Shown: piece by piece, positions 48,111-63,145 of the stretch
Numbering within the stretch: the stretch's first letter is position 1
How the letters are laid out: the number at the start of each line of letters is the position of its first letter
Source of the DNA: Paraspadella gotoi
Taxonomy: Eukaryota; Animalia; Chaetognatha
Assembly (NCBI GenBank): GCA_051294375.1
Contig: CM119263.1
Location: 8,319,992-8,383,635, forward strand
Length of the DNA: 63,644 bases
Direction of reading: 5' to 3'
Notes under the pieces: model-generated
Databases searched by the model: none
Told to the model about the DNA's origin: nothing
Seen by the model: the letters and a program-made list of their open reading frames with translations, nothing else
Program-made: the position numbers and the translations under genes

Positions 48111-48905
48111 TCTCTCNNNNNNNNNNTCTCTCTTTCTCTCTTTCTTTCTTTCTTTCTCTTTGAGCTTCTTTCACTGTTCGGGTGTAAGGAAACCATTTTT
48201 CTTCCGTTCACATTTTTTTTCTTTATTTAGTGATTTTTCAAATTTTTCTAAAAGGAATTCGATGTCAGTTTCTTTTTTGTCAAGTCCCTTTTTTTTCTGT
48301 CCTAACTGAGTTTCACACTATTTGGTGAGCGGTTAAGAAATAGCAGGCTGCCAGGCTGCCTTGTTATACTTTAATTATTAGCGTTCTCTTTTAACTAAAT
48401 TAAAACATAAAGTTTTTTACTCTCATCTTTTTTAAAGGAATTACTATTACAAACTATTACTTTTAATTAGTTCCATTTTTTTTTTGGTCATCCTTCATTT
48501 ACTCTTGGTTTAACTCCTTTATTTACCTTCCGAATCTCTGTCTTTCCTCGGGGCATAATTCTTTCAAACACCTGCATTTCTACACGGCGCTTTTCCATTC
48601 TTCAAAACACCCATTCTACTCGGGCGGTTAAATTTTCATCATTTCCCCGAGCACCATCTGCCACTACGGTGGGCCTCTCTTTTCTATACTACGCCACTTC
48701 GGTCGTTGAATTTTTAAGATTTTTCTCATGAGTAGTAAGAGAAATCTTTTCCTTTCACCCTAGTGGCTTTGCTTTGCGCTCTCTCTTTCTCTCACTCTCT
48801 TTCTTTCGCCGTCAAGTTTCTTTTCACTTTCCAAAATCAATACTCCCCTCTGGCGAGTCAAGATGATTAGCTCGTCCTTTCTTCTCCCAATCCTACTTTC
48901 CCTCC

Positions 48906-49268
48906 GGCTTTTCCTCTCTAAACCTCTCCCTCCTTTTTCTCAGGTAGGTGGCTTTTCATCTCTAAACCTCTCCCTTCTTTTTCTCAGGTAGGTGGCTTCT
49001 GAGAGAAAGAGATGATCTCTTCTCTTNNNNNNNNNNNNNNNNNNNNNNNNNNNNNNNNNNNNNNNNNNNNNNNNNNNNNNNNNNNNNNNNNNNNNNNNNN
49101 NNNNNNNNNNNNNNNNNNNNNNNNNNNNNNNNNNNNNNNNNNNNNNNNNNNNNNNNNNNNNNNNNNNNNNNNNNNNNNNNNNNNNNNNNNNNNNNNNNNN
49201 NNNNNNNNNNNNNNNNNNNNNNNNNGTAGGTGGCTTTTCCTCTCTAAACCTCTCCCTTCTTTCTCAGG
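48906..49268. repeat. ~44-bp minisatellite spanning a gap
   Basis: ggcttttcctctctaaacctctcccttctttttctcaggtaggt twice before the gap and once after. Confidence 0.85.
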
Positions 49269-50354
49269 CTTTTCTTTGAATCCCCTTCATTAACGCCTCC
49301 TCGTCTCAAATGAAACAATACCTCAATTAGTTTTTCTCCTGATGGCAGCGGCAGATCCTCTCCGCAATCATTTTCCCACCGTTTTCTGCCGCGGCGGGGG
49401 CGGCGGCGGCTGCGGCTGAGAGGGTTAGGGAAGGAGATGCGTGGAGGGTGCATTAACAAGGAATTCTCTTACTAGTCTTAGTGGTTCGCGTACAGGAGAA
49501 TAGATCTCGTTATACCTGGCGATCGTTGGAGAAAACGGTTGCAATAATTCTTGTCCCAGACTTTGGACAGGTTAAGGTGGGTTGAGGACTCAAACCCTCT
49601 TTTTAAGGTGGGTTAAAACCTACAACCTTTTAACAAAATAAGAACACATCAAAATGCTTCTTTTTTTGTACTTGTGCCAACTGCGAAGGATATTTTGCAT
49701 GTGAAAAATAAGTAAATGGTTTCGTATAAAAATATCTTCAAGTAAAATTATCATACCTACTACTTTAAAGTTTTAGAGCTTACATAGACAAATGTGCTAC
49801 GAGTTAAAGCGGATGAGGCGGGTAAGGGGTGTCGCTCCGCTGAGGGCGTCAAGGAGATGAAATGATTTCCAAGGTGAGGTCGCGCGTAGACAAGGCAAGG
49901 CGACGAAAGAAGGAATGGTCAGAGAATGTTAGGGGCAGGCGGGATGGGGGTCCGGGGTAGGAAGCGTTCGCTCCCGGGAATTCTCTCTCGTCTGTCCTCT
50001 GCGTCCTTCCCCCTCTCCTCTTGTCTCTCTCTCTGTTCTCTACTTCATCTCTCGTCTTCTCTCGTCTCTCATCGTACTCTCTCTCTCTCTCTCTCTCTCT
50101 CTTCTTCTAAAAACTGTTGAAGGCGAAAGATGAAAAATAATTTGGTAAACCGCTTTGTGACGAAAGGGCCTTTCAACCGTGGAAGGCAAAAAATGAGTTC
50201 CTCCAACTGCTTGTAATTTCAAGAATATTTTTAATGGGTGCTTGACTGCTAGGTATAGTAGTTCTCTCTGGTACTGAGATACTGAGAAAGTTAAACGAGA
50301 AAATTTATTGTACAATGTTCTGTTTAGCGAAATTTAGCTTATGTGATTCAGAAG

Positions 50355-50437
<83 letters not shown>

Positions 50438-50905
50438 CGTGAAACAGAGAATCGCGCCAGCCTCTTAATGTCACGTCTCATTTTAAGTCCGTCTTCAATT
50501 CCACTTGAAAAAAGCGGCGTCAGCGGCCGCCGTTGGCTTCGCGGCGTCGGTGGAGGCGGTGGCGTCGTGCAGGGCGGCAGCGTTGACCGTGGCGTCGTTT
50601 AAAGCACGTAATAAACGGCGCGAAATTATGACTTTAAATTTAACGTACGTTAAAAAGGTCGAAGTTGGCATTTCGGATTGTGTCGGCGTCTGCGTCGGGC
50701 GTCTGCGTCGGTGTCTGCATCGGCATCTAAGGAGAGTGTCAGCGGCGTCGCGACGTTGGCGACGGCATACGGCGGGCGTCGGCGGCGTCGGCGACGACGA
50801 GCCGCCAAAACGAAAGGCCAAAACAAAACGCTGTAACCGAAAAAAAATCGAGCTTTTAGGGAAGTGGAAAAATTAACTTTTTTGCCGCTACTTCTTTGAT
50901 CTCTG

Positions 50906-50976
<71 letters not shown>

Positions 50977-51186
50977 CTCTCTCTCTCTCTTTTGTTTTTT
51001 CTTTTCCTTTATTTCTCTCCGCTTCCTTCACTCCATTTTTTTCCGCCGTTAAATATTCTCCACGGTCTCCCCCTTTCTCTTTGTCTCCTTGTCTTCTGTC
51101 TCATCTCTCTCTTTCTCCTCTGCTCTCTCTCTCTCTCGATCTCTCTCTCTCCTCTCTCTCCTCTCTCTCTCCTCTTCTCTCTCCTC

Positions 51187-51218
<32 letters not shown>

Positions 51219-51914
51219 CCTCTCCCACTCTCTTTTCAAGAAAGTGTGAAAAAAGTAGAAAGAGCCTCCCCAGTTGAACAGATTGAACTTTGAACTCTCT
51301 CCGTTGAATCTTTATCGATTTTTTTTAAGGTTTGGACAGAGTTGGAGACCCAATGGATTCTCTCTCTCTTCTCTCTCTCTCTCTCTCGTCTCTCTCTCTC
51401 TCTCTCATCTCTCTCCTTCTATCCTCTCATCCTCTCTCTCTCTCTCTCTCTCTCATTCACTCTTTCATCCTGACCTCTTGCGACTTTTATCCAACCCAGA
51501 AAATAAGGTCGTCTGGAAAATCCCTAGACAAACACCACATAGAAATCTTAAGTACGAGCTCACCCACATTCTCACATTGCGTGAGGTTTATCTCATTGTG
51601 ACATCGATATTCAATTACACTTTTTTGTTCACGATAATAATTACATAAACGTGAGTTTTAGACATTTTTAATTTCGGAATTAAAACACTGTTTTCTTTTG
51701 TTTTTATTGGTTCTATACTTAAACAATATTCTCGTCTTTTCATCTCATGACGATTATGTGTCTTTCTTGGAGGGAAGGTGGGGTTGAAGGAGCAACAGAT
51801 CTCCTCTGATTTTTAATTCCATTTTTTTAATTTTTGTCAACTCTTAATATTAATGTTAACGCAATAAAAAAGCAAACCTGACGATTATCACAGGGCGTTA
51901 TCGAATAGGTCGGG

Positions 51915-51947
<33 letters not shown>

Positions 51948-52398
51948 TGGTTGTACCAATTTCATAAAACGAAATTAAATTATAAGTTAATGAAATATGA
52001 ATATTGAAGTTATACATTTAAAGTGAATTCAATCTTATTCAAATGACTATTCTAAAAGCTGATGATAAAGAAAATTACAGAGCGAAAAATCGACTGACCA
52101 AGAAAATGACAGAGCTAGAAAACGATAAAGAAAAAAAAATGACATTGGAAGATGAACGAAAGGAATATGACGGAGCAGGAAAATGACGGAGCATCCCGAG
52201 AAAAAAAAGAAAAAAAACAAGATAATGACAAAGCAAGAAAATGACAGATTCGTGGGTTCGTGTGACGCCGAGGACATTTGCGATTTCTGCTGAAGTCAGC
52301 GTCGTCGTCTTGGCGTCGGTTTACCTCACTTTTTTTATTATTTTTAACTTTTAGTTTTTCTTCATATAATTTTCCTTTAGAATTGCATTTGAAGAAGT

Positions 52399-52515
<117 letters not shown>

Positions 52516-52834
52516 CATTAAGGTTCGACTGGGGAGCGCTAAAGCGAATTTCTCATTAAGCCTCTTCAAACCTGTCCCCCTTGAAAAGGGAACGACCTCT
52601 CGTCGGCGACAAAATGAAACTTATAATATTCCTTTCGCTTTTAAGTAATATTTTTTATCGGATATTTTTGTTTTCATCGGGGTTTTGTTGTCGAAAGGAA
52701 AAGGGACGACGAAATTCGTGTGATCAAACTCGCGGAAAAAAATTCCACTTTTTGCGCTTTTAGTTTTCCAAATGTTTGCTCTCTCCTCTGGGGCTCCCAA
52801 TTTTTTTTTTTTAAGGCGAAGGGGGGAGACGGAG

Positions 52835-52875
<41 letters not shown>

Positions 52876-53544
52876 TTTTAAATATTGCTAAATAAGGAAG
52901 AGCAACATAAACCATTTGACTTGAGTTATCATCTAAAAAGCTTTAAAGCAACAACAACAACAAAACTCTTACCAGTCACTATATTACAACTTGATCAATT
53001 ACATATTTGACCCCACGCATTTCGTTTACTATTTCGGCTTTCAAAGGCCGCCATCAGCTACGACATTAAACTTTCTCAATCGAATTTAACTATTCTTTTC
53101 GCCAGTTTTATTCTTTTATCGCTGATTTGTATAAATTTCGTTTTTCTATGTTTATTTACGCTTATATTACAAATGTGAAGTCTTCGACCCTTAAATTAAT
53201 CATTTTACATCATATTCATCACATTAAATTATATCCTTTAACACTACCTCCACTGTTCGGCAATCCAACTCTACAACCCCTCTTCCTCGGTCTCTCGACA
53301 ATCTCTCTCGCTCTCAGGTCACTCCATCTCGCTCTCAAATGACTCCCTCTCGCTCTCCCGCTTCCAAGTCACTCCATCTCGCTCCCTCGACTTACTCCTT
53401 AGTTCTCTTCCAAATGTTTCAACGAGTTTCTCGATTCGCTTCATCACGAGATGAGAGAAATTTCGCTTTTCCTTACCCAACTGTTTTGTACGAGAAATCT
53501 TTTTTTAGAATTGTTGTTCTGTTGGCTGGCTGAAGTTATGGATT

Positions 53545-53659
<115 letters not shown>

Positions 53660-55961
53660 CGAGATCATCTGAAGAACACATCCTCAACATTCAGGCAATC
53701 AACTAAGAATACAATTGGTATAAAAATCTCGACGGTGACGGCGACGACGACGACGACGACAACGACGACGACGACGAAGACCCTCGGCTCCCGAATTCGG
53801 TCGCAGCCGCGACGACTCCAAGTCGTTTCCCATTATCGGTTTACGAAGGTGAGTGCTGAGTCGAGGCGAATCCAAACCGATCCGACGAGGTGGAATCGTT
53901 TTTTTTTTTGGGGGGGGGGTTTGGATGGGGAGTGGGGAGGAAAAGGGGGGCGAGTTTTGTTTGAATAAAAGGTTGATTGGAATTGTGGGGGAGAAATGAA
54001 GGAGTTGGGTATAATATGAAGGAGGGAAAGGGCAGAAGCCGCAGAATGTTCGTCCGCTAAGTAGAGAAAGGACAATGGACAATTTAGGACAAGGGGGGAC
54101 TGGGGAGAAAGCGAAGGGAGGAACGAAATATTGGGGAAATGAGAGAGAAGGGAGAAGGAAAAAAAATATGGAGGAAGTCGAAAAGAAGAATTTGGAGGAG
54201 AAGGAGGATGAGGAGGAGGAGTAAACGAAATATACTTCCCGGTTAACCGTAATTACAGGTTGAAGTTTCTACCGATGTGAAATATCCGCCGGTTACATCG
54301 GCGGTAGAGCGGCGCAAGAGCGGCGGCAGAGCGGCGGCAGAGCAGAAGCCGCCCCTCAAGGCTTTAAAAAGTGGAATTAGATGCGAAAGTAGCCACGTCT
54401 TGACATCGGCGATATATTTGGGTGCATCCGGCATCGGCGGCCTCAACCGGCAATTGGACCGGCGGCATCGGCAGCCTCAACCGGCAATGGCACCGGCGGC
54501 ATCGGCGGCGTCATTGACGCCGGCATCGGCGACGACGAGCGCGACCTTGCGCAGAATCCACGACGGAAATACCTCATCTCCGAAAACCTTGAAAGAAAAG
54601 TCGACGGNNNNNNNNNNNNNNNNNNNNNNNNNNNNNNNNNNNNNNNNNNNNNNNNNNNNNNNNNNNNNNNNNNNNNNNNNNNNNNNNNNNNNNNNNNNNN
54701 NNNNNNNNNNNNNNNNNNNNNNNNNNNNNNNNNNNNNNNNNNNNNNNNNNNNNNNNNNNNNNNNNNNNNNNNNNNNNNNNNNNNNNNNNNNNNNNNNNNN
54801 NNNNNNNNNNNNNNNNNNNNNNNNAGAGAGAGAGAGAGAGAGAGGGAGAAATGGAAAGAGGAGTATTAAAATGAATTTTAACTTATAACCGCAGTCAATC
54901 CTTCAATTTCATTTCTTTATGAAATCATTGACGTCATTAGAAATAGAATAATGATCAAAGATGCCGATTTAATCGGAAAATTACCTTTTTTTTTCGTCTT
55001 ACGTTTCACGTTCGATGAAGTCGAGAAAAAAAATTCCTCGATTTTTCAGAAGCAGAAAGATCCATTTTCTGAAAGCCTTTCACGCTTCGTTAAACAGTTC
55101 GTCGAAAGTATTCTGTGACCTCGCCAAATCCTCTCTCTCTCGGTCTTTCTCTCTCTCNNNNNNNNNNNNNNNNNNNNNNNNNNNNNNNNNNNNNNNNNNN
55201 NNNNNNNNNNNNNNNNNNNNNNNNNNNNNNNNNNNNNNNNNNNNNNNNNNNNNNNNNNNNNNNNNNNNNNNNNNNNNNNNNNNNNNNNNNNNNNNNNNNN
55301 NNNNNNNNNNNNNNNNNNNNNNNNNNNNNNNNNNNNNNNNNNNNNNNNNNNNNNNNNNNNNNNNNNNNNNNNNNNNNNNNNNNNNNNNNNNNNNNNNNNN
55401 NNNNNNNNNNNNNNNNNNNNNNNNNNNNNNNNNNNNNNNNNNNCTCTCTCTCTCTCTCTTTTCCTTCCTTACTCGCACGGGCTTCATCTCTTAGGATTTT
55501 TTCCCCAGCTTCGCTTCTACCTCTTCCGAAGAAAGCTAGTGCGAAGAGACAGAAAAACAGAAAATACAGAAAGACAAAACGATAGAACTGAACTAAGAAA
55601 AAGTAAAACTGACTGATAGACAAGAGGCTGACTGAAAGTCTAAAACTTTTTCTCTTTCTATTTCACAGTTACTTTTCGGTCGCTCGATCAGTCGATCAGT
55701 CACACGATCAGAGAGCAAATGCGGCTTATTACGTGTTACATTATTATTACGAGAACCTCTGGTTGTCCGTGCATAAAAGAAAGTTACAGCCACGCATTAC
55801 TTTCAACTTCCCGTTTCTTCTTTTTCTCTTTTATCCATAACTATAAATTTCACTCAGGGTATTTTTCTTTATCTCTCTCTTTCAGGATGACCTATCATAT
55901 CCTTCCATTTCAGTCAATATCTCTTTCCTTTTCAGTGATCTCCGCGCGGTATCTTGCAGTG

Positions 55962-55997
<36 letters not shown>

Positions 55998-58900
55998 NNN
56001 NNNNNNNNNNNNNNNNNNNNNNNNNNNNNNNNNNNNNNNNNNNNNNNNNNNNNNNNNNNNNNNNNNNNNNNNNNNNNNNNNNNNNNNNNNNNNNNNNNNN
56101 NNNNNNNNNNNNNNNNNNNNNNNNNNNNNNNNNNNNNNNNNNNNNNNNNNNNNNNNNNNNNNNNNNNNNNNNNNNNNNNNNNTCTCTTTTCACTCACCCT
56201 CCCTCCGATGAGTACCAAGAAATTATTTTTCTAAGTTTAAACGTTGGCTGGAAACTCATTAAACCGAGTAAATGGGCCGGAAAACGATACATTTGACCGA
56301 CTAAAAATGTTTATTTGCCAGTTCGGGGGAAGAGAGGGAAACTGAAATACAGCAAGAACGACAGACGAGACCGCGCGCTCTGTAACCGGGATCCAAGCCT
56401 TATTATTCTGGATATAAGGCACAGCCGATGCCTTCCGGTCTCTTCATTAGCATTTCTGCAGTCTGGAGATAAAAACACGTGAGAGAGAGAGAGAGAGAGA
56501 GAGANNNNNNNNNNNNNNNNNNNNNNNNNNNNNNNNNNNNNNNNNNNNNNNNNNNNNNNNNNNNNNNNNNNNNNNNNNNNNNNNNNNNNNNNNNNNNNNN
56601 NNNNNNNNGAGAGAGAGAGAGAGAGAGAGGCGCCTAATGGAGTCTCGGCGGCGGCTTTTTTATATTCTTTGCCATTCTTGTGTTCGCTATTGATTAAGTT
56701 ATTTTTTCTCTTGGCTATTGGAAAGCCTTTGTTCCCAGCCTGTTTACGCCGACTGCGGTTTCCTGCTTCTCCTTTTTTTTCCACGGATTCTGTTGGGGTT
56801 TTTCGCTCGCGTCATTCAGACCCTCCGAGTCGTGATTTATTCCGTTGCCTATCCCTTTTTTTTTTTTTGCTCGTTATGTATCTCCTTTGTTAGTTTATAT
56901 TCGTTTTGTGTATATTTTTTATTCCGATGTCGTCGTTAAAACGATAAATTGTCCGTCGTACGATCCGGCTTTAAGACTTCGGTACGAATTTGTTCGTACG
57001 ACTGCATCGGAGTTCGTGCACACTGGGGTTTATTATTGACAATCTGTTTTGCTCGCTCTCCAGTTAATGGGAATCACCCAACCCTCGGGGCTCCGACGCC
57101 TGAGAGACTTCTAGTCTTTNNNNNNNNNNNNNNNNNNNNNNNNNNNNNNNNNNNNNNNNNNNNNNNNNNNNNNNNNNNNNNNNNNNNNNNNNNNNNNNNN
57201 NNNNNNNNNNNNNNNNNNNNNNNNNNNNNNNNNNNNNNNNNNNNNNNNNNNNNNNNNNNNNNNNNNNNNNNNNNNNNNNNNNNNNNNNNNNNNNNNNNNN
57301 NNNNNNNNNNNNNNNNNNNNNNNNNNNNNNNNNNNNNNNNNNNNNNNNNNNNNNNNNNNNNNNNNNNNNNNNNNNNNNNNNNNNNNNNNNNNNNNNNNNN
57401 NNNNNNNNNNNNNNNNNNNNNNNNNNNNNNNNNNNNNNNNNNNNNNNNNNNNNNNNNNNNNNNNNNNNNNNNNNNNNNNNNNNNNNNNNNNNNNNNNNNN
57501 NNNNNNNNNNNNNNNNNNNNNNNNNNNNNNNNNNNNNNNNNNNNNNNNNNNNNNNNNNNNNNNNNNNNNNNNNNNNNNNNNNNNNNNNNNNNNNNNNNNN
57601 NNNNNNNNNNNNNNNNNNNNNNNNNNNNNNNNNNNNNNNNNNNNNNNNNNNNNNNNNNNNNNNNNGAGAGAGAGAAAGAGCCCGGATGGAAATAACTAAG
57701 GTGAATGATGAAATGTAATAAATAATAAATATCTCGTGGCTAAACAAGCCGAATCGCGAATGAGGAAAAATGAGGCGAAAAATATAACAAAGAAGAAAAT
57801 TGAAGAGTTGGAATGAAAGAAAGATGAAGCGTTGACAGAGGAAGTTAATTTATCGCGGATTCCCGACTTTTACGTGAACCAATAATTTAGAGTCATATCT
57901 GCTGATTCACAAATTTTCGGGCCTTTTTTTTTCCCCTCTGGCCGAAGGCAACGACCGCCGTCTTTCTTTAATTTTATATTTTAATTTTATTTCCGTTTTT
58001 ATCCGAAATCTTTTAAATTTTGATTTTTTTTTTTTTTTTTTTAGTTTTTCGAGGAACATATCTTTTTCTTTTTCTTAACAAACATTTTAGATCTTTTTTA
58101 GAAGTTTTATCTCCGTATTTCCTCATCGTCATATTGCTCTTAATTTTTCTCTGTTTTTAATTAAAAATAGTTTTCGTGGTTTGTTTTTTTTCGTTTTAAA
58201 GTTTTTTCGATATTTTTTACAAAAAAAAAAAAANNNNNNNNNNNNNNNNNNNNNNNNNNNNNNNNNNNNNNNNNNNNNNNNNNNNNNNNNNNNNNNNNNN
58301 NNNNNNNNNNNNNNNNNNNNNNNNNNNNNNNNNNNNNNNNNNNNNNNNNNNNNNNNNNNNNNNNNNNNNNNNNNNNNNNNNNNNNNNNNNNNAGAGAGAG
58401 AGAGAGAGAGAGAACGAGAGAGTGAGAGAAGGGGTCACATCAGAGAGGTCACAGAAAAGGGGCAGGGTCAGTGGGAAATAGAATAGGTCAAATCTTAATG
58501 TCTCTGTATGGATTAACTGTGAGAGGAGGTATGTCGCTGCGTCGTGAACGCGGTTGGTCGGAATTTAAAAAAAAACCTGAAGCTTCTGAGTTTCATTTAC
58601 GCTAAGTGTTTATTAGAAATCGAGAACCAAAATTTTCCTATGAGTAAATAAGCCATACTTCGCTATCGACGCTACAGTCACCGCGTCGCTACGCACCAAC
58701 GAATTAAAAATCGATTCAAGTGAATAATAGAAATAGGATCTAGAAGTCACGTGATGCGTCGATGATAAGCAACGACCTTACCTCCAATTCGCCCTCGGTC
58801 TTCGAGATCTCTTTTTTTCTTCGTGGCTTTCGTCGATCTAATCTTCTTCTTCTTCTTCTTCTTCTTCTTCCTCTTTTTCTTCTTCTTCTTCTTCATAATC

Positions 58901-60729
58901 ATCATCATCATCAGCTTCCTCGTTTCCATCGTCAACATATTCACCATATTTACTCTGCCAATTTTGGCTTTATTTTCCAAGATAGTGATTTGGTAAAAGT
59001 TTTGGTTAGAGATTATGGTTTCAGATTAAGAGAAAAGGTTAACGATTATGAATTAAAATTAGGTAAAGACTAAGACCCCTTTCGATCTCCCGACTTCGAT
59101 CGAAAACAAGAAAAGGTTGACAAACAGGATTGAACCTCGAACCTGCGGTGACAAAGGAGAGGCGCGTCAGCGTTGATCCAGTCAACTTCGCTCCCTTCCC
59201 TCTCGTCTATAACCTTTGACTTCGGTTCTCGCCTCAAACGACTTTCACGGCCGGANNNNNNNNNNNNNNNNNNNNNNNNNNNNNNNNNNNNNNNNNNNNN
59301 NNNNNNNNNNNNNNNNNNNNNNNNNNNNNNNNNNNNNNNNNNNNNNNNNNNNNNNNNNNNNNNNNNNNNNNNNNNNNNNNNNNNNNNNNNNNNNNNNNNN
59401 NNNNNNNNNNNNNNNNNNNNNNNNNNNNNNNNNNNNNNNNNNNNNNNNNNNNNNNNNNNAGAGAGAGAGAGAGAGAGAGATATTACCGAATAAGAAACGA
59501 CTCGCTATAATTCTGGACTTCCAGTTTATACCGCTTATAGCTCATAGGAAAACTCAATACGTTGGCGAATTAATTCAGCGTGAAAACGATCATTCAAAGT
59601 TAACCGGTGAACACTCATCGAGACAAAGCGACGAACAGAATCGTGGTCAAAAAAAAAAANNNNNNNNNNNNNNNNNNNNNNNNNNNNNNNNNNNNNNNNN
59701 NNNNNNNNNNNNNNNNNNNNNNNNNNNNNNNNNNNNNNNNNNNNNNNNNNNNNNNNNNNNNNNNNNNNNNNNNNNNNNNNNNNNNNNNNNNNNNNNNNNN
59801 NNNNNNNNNNNNNNNNNNNNNNNNNNNNNNNNNNNNNNNNNNNNNNNNNNNNNNNNNNNNNNNNNNNNNNNNNNNNNNNNNNNNNNNNNNNNNNNNNNNN
59901 NNNNNNNNNNNNNNNNNNNNNNNNNNNNNNNNNNNNNNNNNNNNNNNNNNNNNNNNNNNNNNNNNNNNNNNNNNNNNNNNNNNNNNNNNNNNNNNNNNNN
60001 NNNNNNNNNNNNNNNNNNNNNNNNNNNNNNNNNNNNNNNNNNNNNNNNNNNNNNNNNNNNNNNNNNNNNNNNNNNNNNNNNNNNNNNNNNNNNNNNNNNN
60101 NNNNNNNNNNNNNNNNNNNNNNNNNNNNNNNNNNNNNNNNNNNNNNNNNNNNNNNNNNNNNNNNNNNNNNNNNNNNNNNNNNNNNNNNNNNNNNNNNNNN
60201 NNNNNNNNNNNNNNNNNNNNNNNNNNNNNNNNNNNNNNNNNNNNNNNNNNNNNNNNNNNNNNNNNNNNNNNNNNNNNNNNNNNNNNNNNNNNNNNNNNNN
60301 NNNNNNNNNNNNNNNNNNNNNNNNNNNNNNNNNNNNNNNNNNNCTAACGTTTTAAAAAGTTTATCTATCTACCCATCTATCTATCTTTCCAATGTATCAA
60401 ACCTTCCGGTAATTTTCTTATCTTTCTGGCTTCCTTCCACGAGTTGGTCGTAAAGTCACTTCTCTCATCGTCATCTTCTTCACTCTTTCTCATCTCATCT
60501 CATTAATCTCTCGTTATTCTCTCATCTCTCCGCACTTTACTTTCCTCTCTTCTTTCCCATATCTCATCCCTGCTCCATCGCCTTGGCTCCTCCAAAGACT
60601 TCGCAGCTCCAACGGTGATCGTCCCTCCGTCGCTCCAACGAAGACTTGCCTCCTAATTAGCGCCCATTTATTATTTCACAGAGATTTTCCTCCCTCCCTT
60701 TCCGCTGAACCTGCCAAGTTATACAAGGC

Positions 60730-60845
<116 letters not shown>

Positions 60846-61950
60846 CTCGTTTTTTAAGTTCTCTTTTGATAATATTCATAAAAATCCTAGTCCAAATTAG
60901 CCCCGTCCCCATTCATTTTTTTAAAAATTCAACTTTCTTAAACTTTTCAAATCTGCTTTTCCACACGAGATTAATTTTCACTTTCTCTCCTTTCTTCACA
61001 TTTCTTAACTCTCTCTCTCTCTCTCTCTCTCTCTCCCTTCTCGCAGGTTGAAAAATCTCTCATCACTACGAGTAAAGACGCTGTCGTCCCTTTATGATCG
61101 TTTGAACGAAAAAAAAAAGCTGGCAAGAGACTCTGCCGAGTTTTTCTTTTTTTTTTTAATACATTCTTCGTCTCCTTCTCATTTCTTCTTCCGCGTCTCC
61201 TTCCTCCAATTCTTCTTCTTTCTCCTCTCCTCAGCTTTGTCTTTCTCCCTGTTATCGTTGTCCTTTCATTTTTTTCCTTCATCCCGTCTGACTTTATATT
61301 TTATCCTTTTTCCATCCGATTTTATTCTATATTTTCCTCCCATCGTCTCCTTTTTTTCCTTTTTTTTTATTCCTCCGTTCCTTTCTTTTTTTTCCCATAT
61401 TCACCCTTGAAACGTCGGCGTACGTAATTCCTCCCTCCCCCCATTTATTTTTAATAAAAATGAAATAACATGAAATTAAACAAAATAAAATAAAAATTGA
61501 GACAGAAAGGCGAAGCGAAATGCGGGAATTAGCGGCTTTTAGCTTCGAGTCCAGCGCAAGGTTTTTCGATATGAATGCTGCGTTATGATTTTATTCCCAT
61601 ATTATCTACTTTTATTTTACATTTGGTCCTTTTTTTTCAGAGTTAGAAATATATTTTTTACCCTAAACTATGGCGTATACGATGGCTCATTATTCTTTTA
61701 TGATTGAACCTATTATCGTAACGCGGGGTTTTAAATTAATTTAGCTAGTATCGACTCCCTGTTACCATTGGCCCCATATTTTATAAAGAGTCCATACGTG
61801 CAAGTTTTAAAATTGTGTGAATACAAAACTGACATACTTCATGAGAAAGTGATTTCACTTAACAAAAGCTGTATGTCAGGCCGACAAAAAAAACTAAATA
61901 AATTTCAATTAATCACGCTGTGAAAGGATTTTTCTCTCATTGCTGAGAGT

Positions 61951-62069
<119 letters not shown>

Positions 62070-63087
62070 TCAAAGGTTGGAATTAAAACCCAAAGCCGAT
62101 CTGAAACGGAAAGGAGGTTGAAAGAAATAAAAAGAAGTGGGGAAAAGAAAAAGGGGAAGAGGAAGGGAAAACGGAAATATCTCGCGAACAGAAGGAAATG
62201 AAGAAAGAGAAAAAAAAAAGGAAATAAGGAAAGAAAAAAAAGGAAATGAGGAGGCTGATCGGAAGAACGTCGTGCTCATATTAAAGATTGACATTGAAAA
62301 AGAGGAGAAACGAAAAGTGAAAGTTTTGAACATTTAATTTTTTTAAAAACCTAACAAACGAACCAAAATTAATTTTACCTAATATATAAAGAAAAGAAAG
62401 AGAAAAAGAGGAGAGAAGGAGAGAGAAGAAAAAAGAAAAATAAAATTAAAAAAAATCATTTGACGTCGTTTCCAGGAGAAACAGTGGGAATGAGCGGGAA
62501 TACCTATCTGGAAGGGAAAAGGAAGAAAAATAGAAAAGATAAAATGCGAGAGAACGAAAATGAAAAAGAAAAAAAGGGAAAAAAAGGCATAGATGTCGCT
62601 TTAACGGAATAAGAGGAACAATAAGTAAAGAAAGAAAAAGGAACGCGACGCCAAATGCGACTCAATATCTAGAGCGAGTATTCGCCGCCGTTCTCGCTCG
62701 ACGGTTAGAAAGAAAATAGAAAAGATTAAAAAAAAAGGGAAAAAAATGGCTAAAAGAAAGGAAGCGTCTTAGGAAAAGGGTGACAAGAAAATAAAGGAGA
62801 TTAAGTGAGTTTGCAAGAGAGAGGGAAAAAAAAAGAGAGAAAATGAAAAACGTTTCACGACGTTAAGGAAAACCAAAGACAAAGAAAGAGAAAATTGTTT
62901 CAGCAGAATAAACGTAAGACTTTTTACTTATAAATAAACAAAATGGGGGGAAAAAAAGAAAAGCATAAATATAAAAAAAGGTCATTTCAAACTATACCAA
63001 AAATGAAAAAGAAAGGGCAAAACCTTCGAAAAATAAGATGAAAACCCTAAAAAAAAATATGAAAACGGAAATCTCAAGAAGAGGAGG

Positions 63088-63145
63088 GAGAAGCGGAAAA
63101 AGAAGCGGAATAAGAAGCGGAACGAGAAGCGGAATAAGAAGCGAA
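63088..63145. repeat. 12-bp tandem repeat x5
   Basis: Variants of agaagcggaa(aa/ta/cg). Confidence 0.8.

Noticed and set aside
61520-61560. tRNA/SINE B-box-like ttcgagtcc
   Set aside because: No A box at proper spacing and no cloverleaf.
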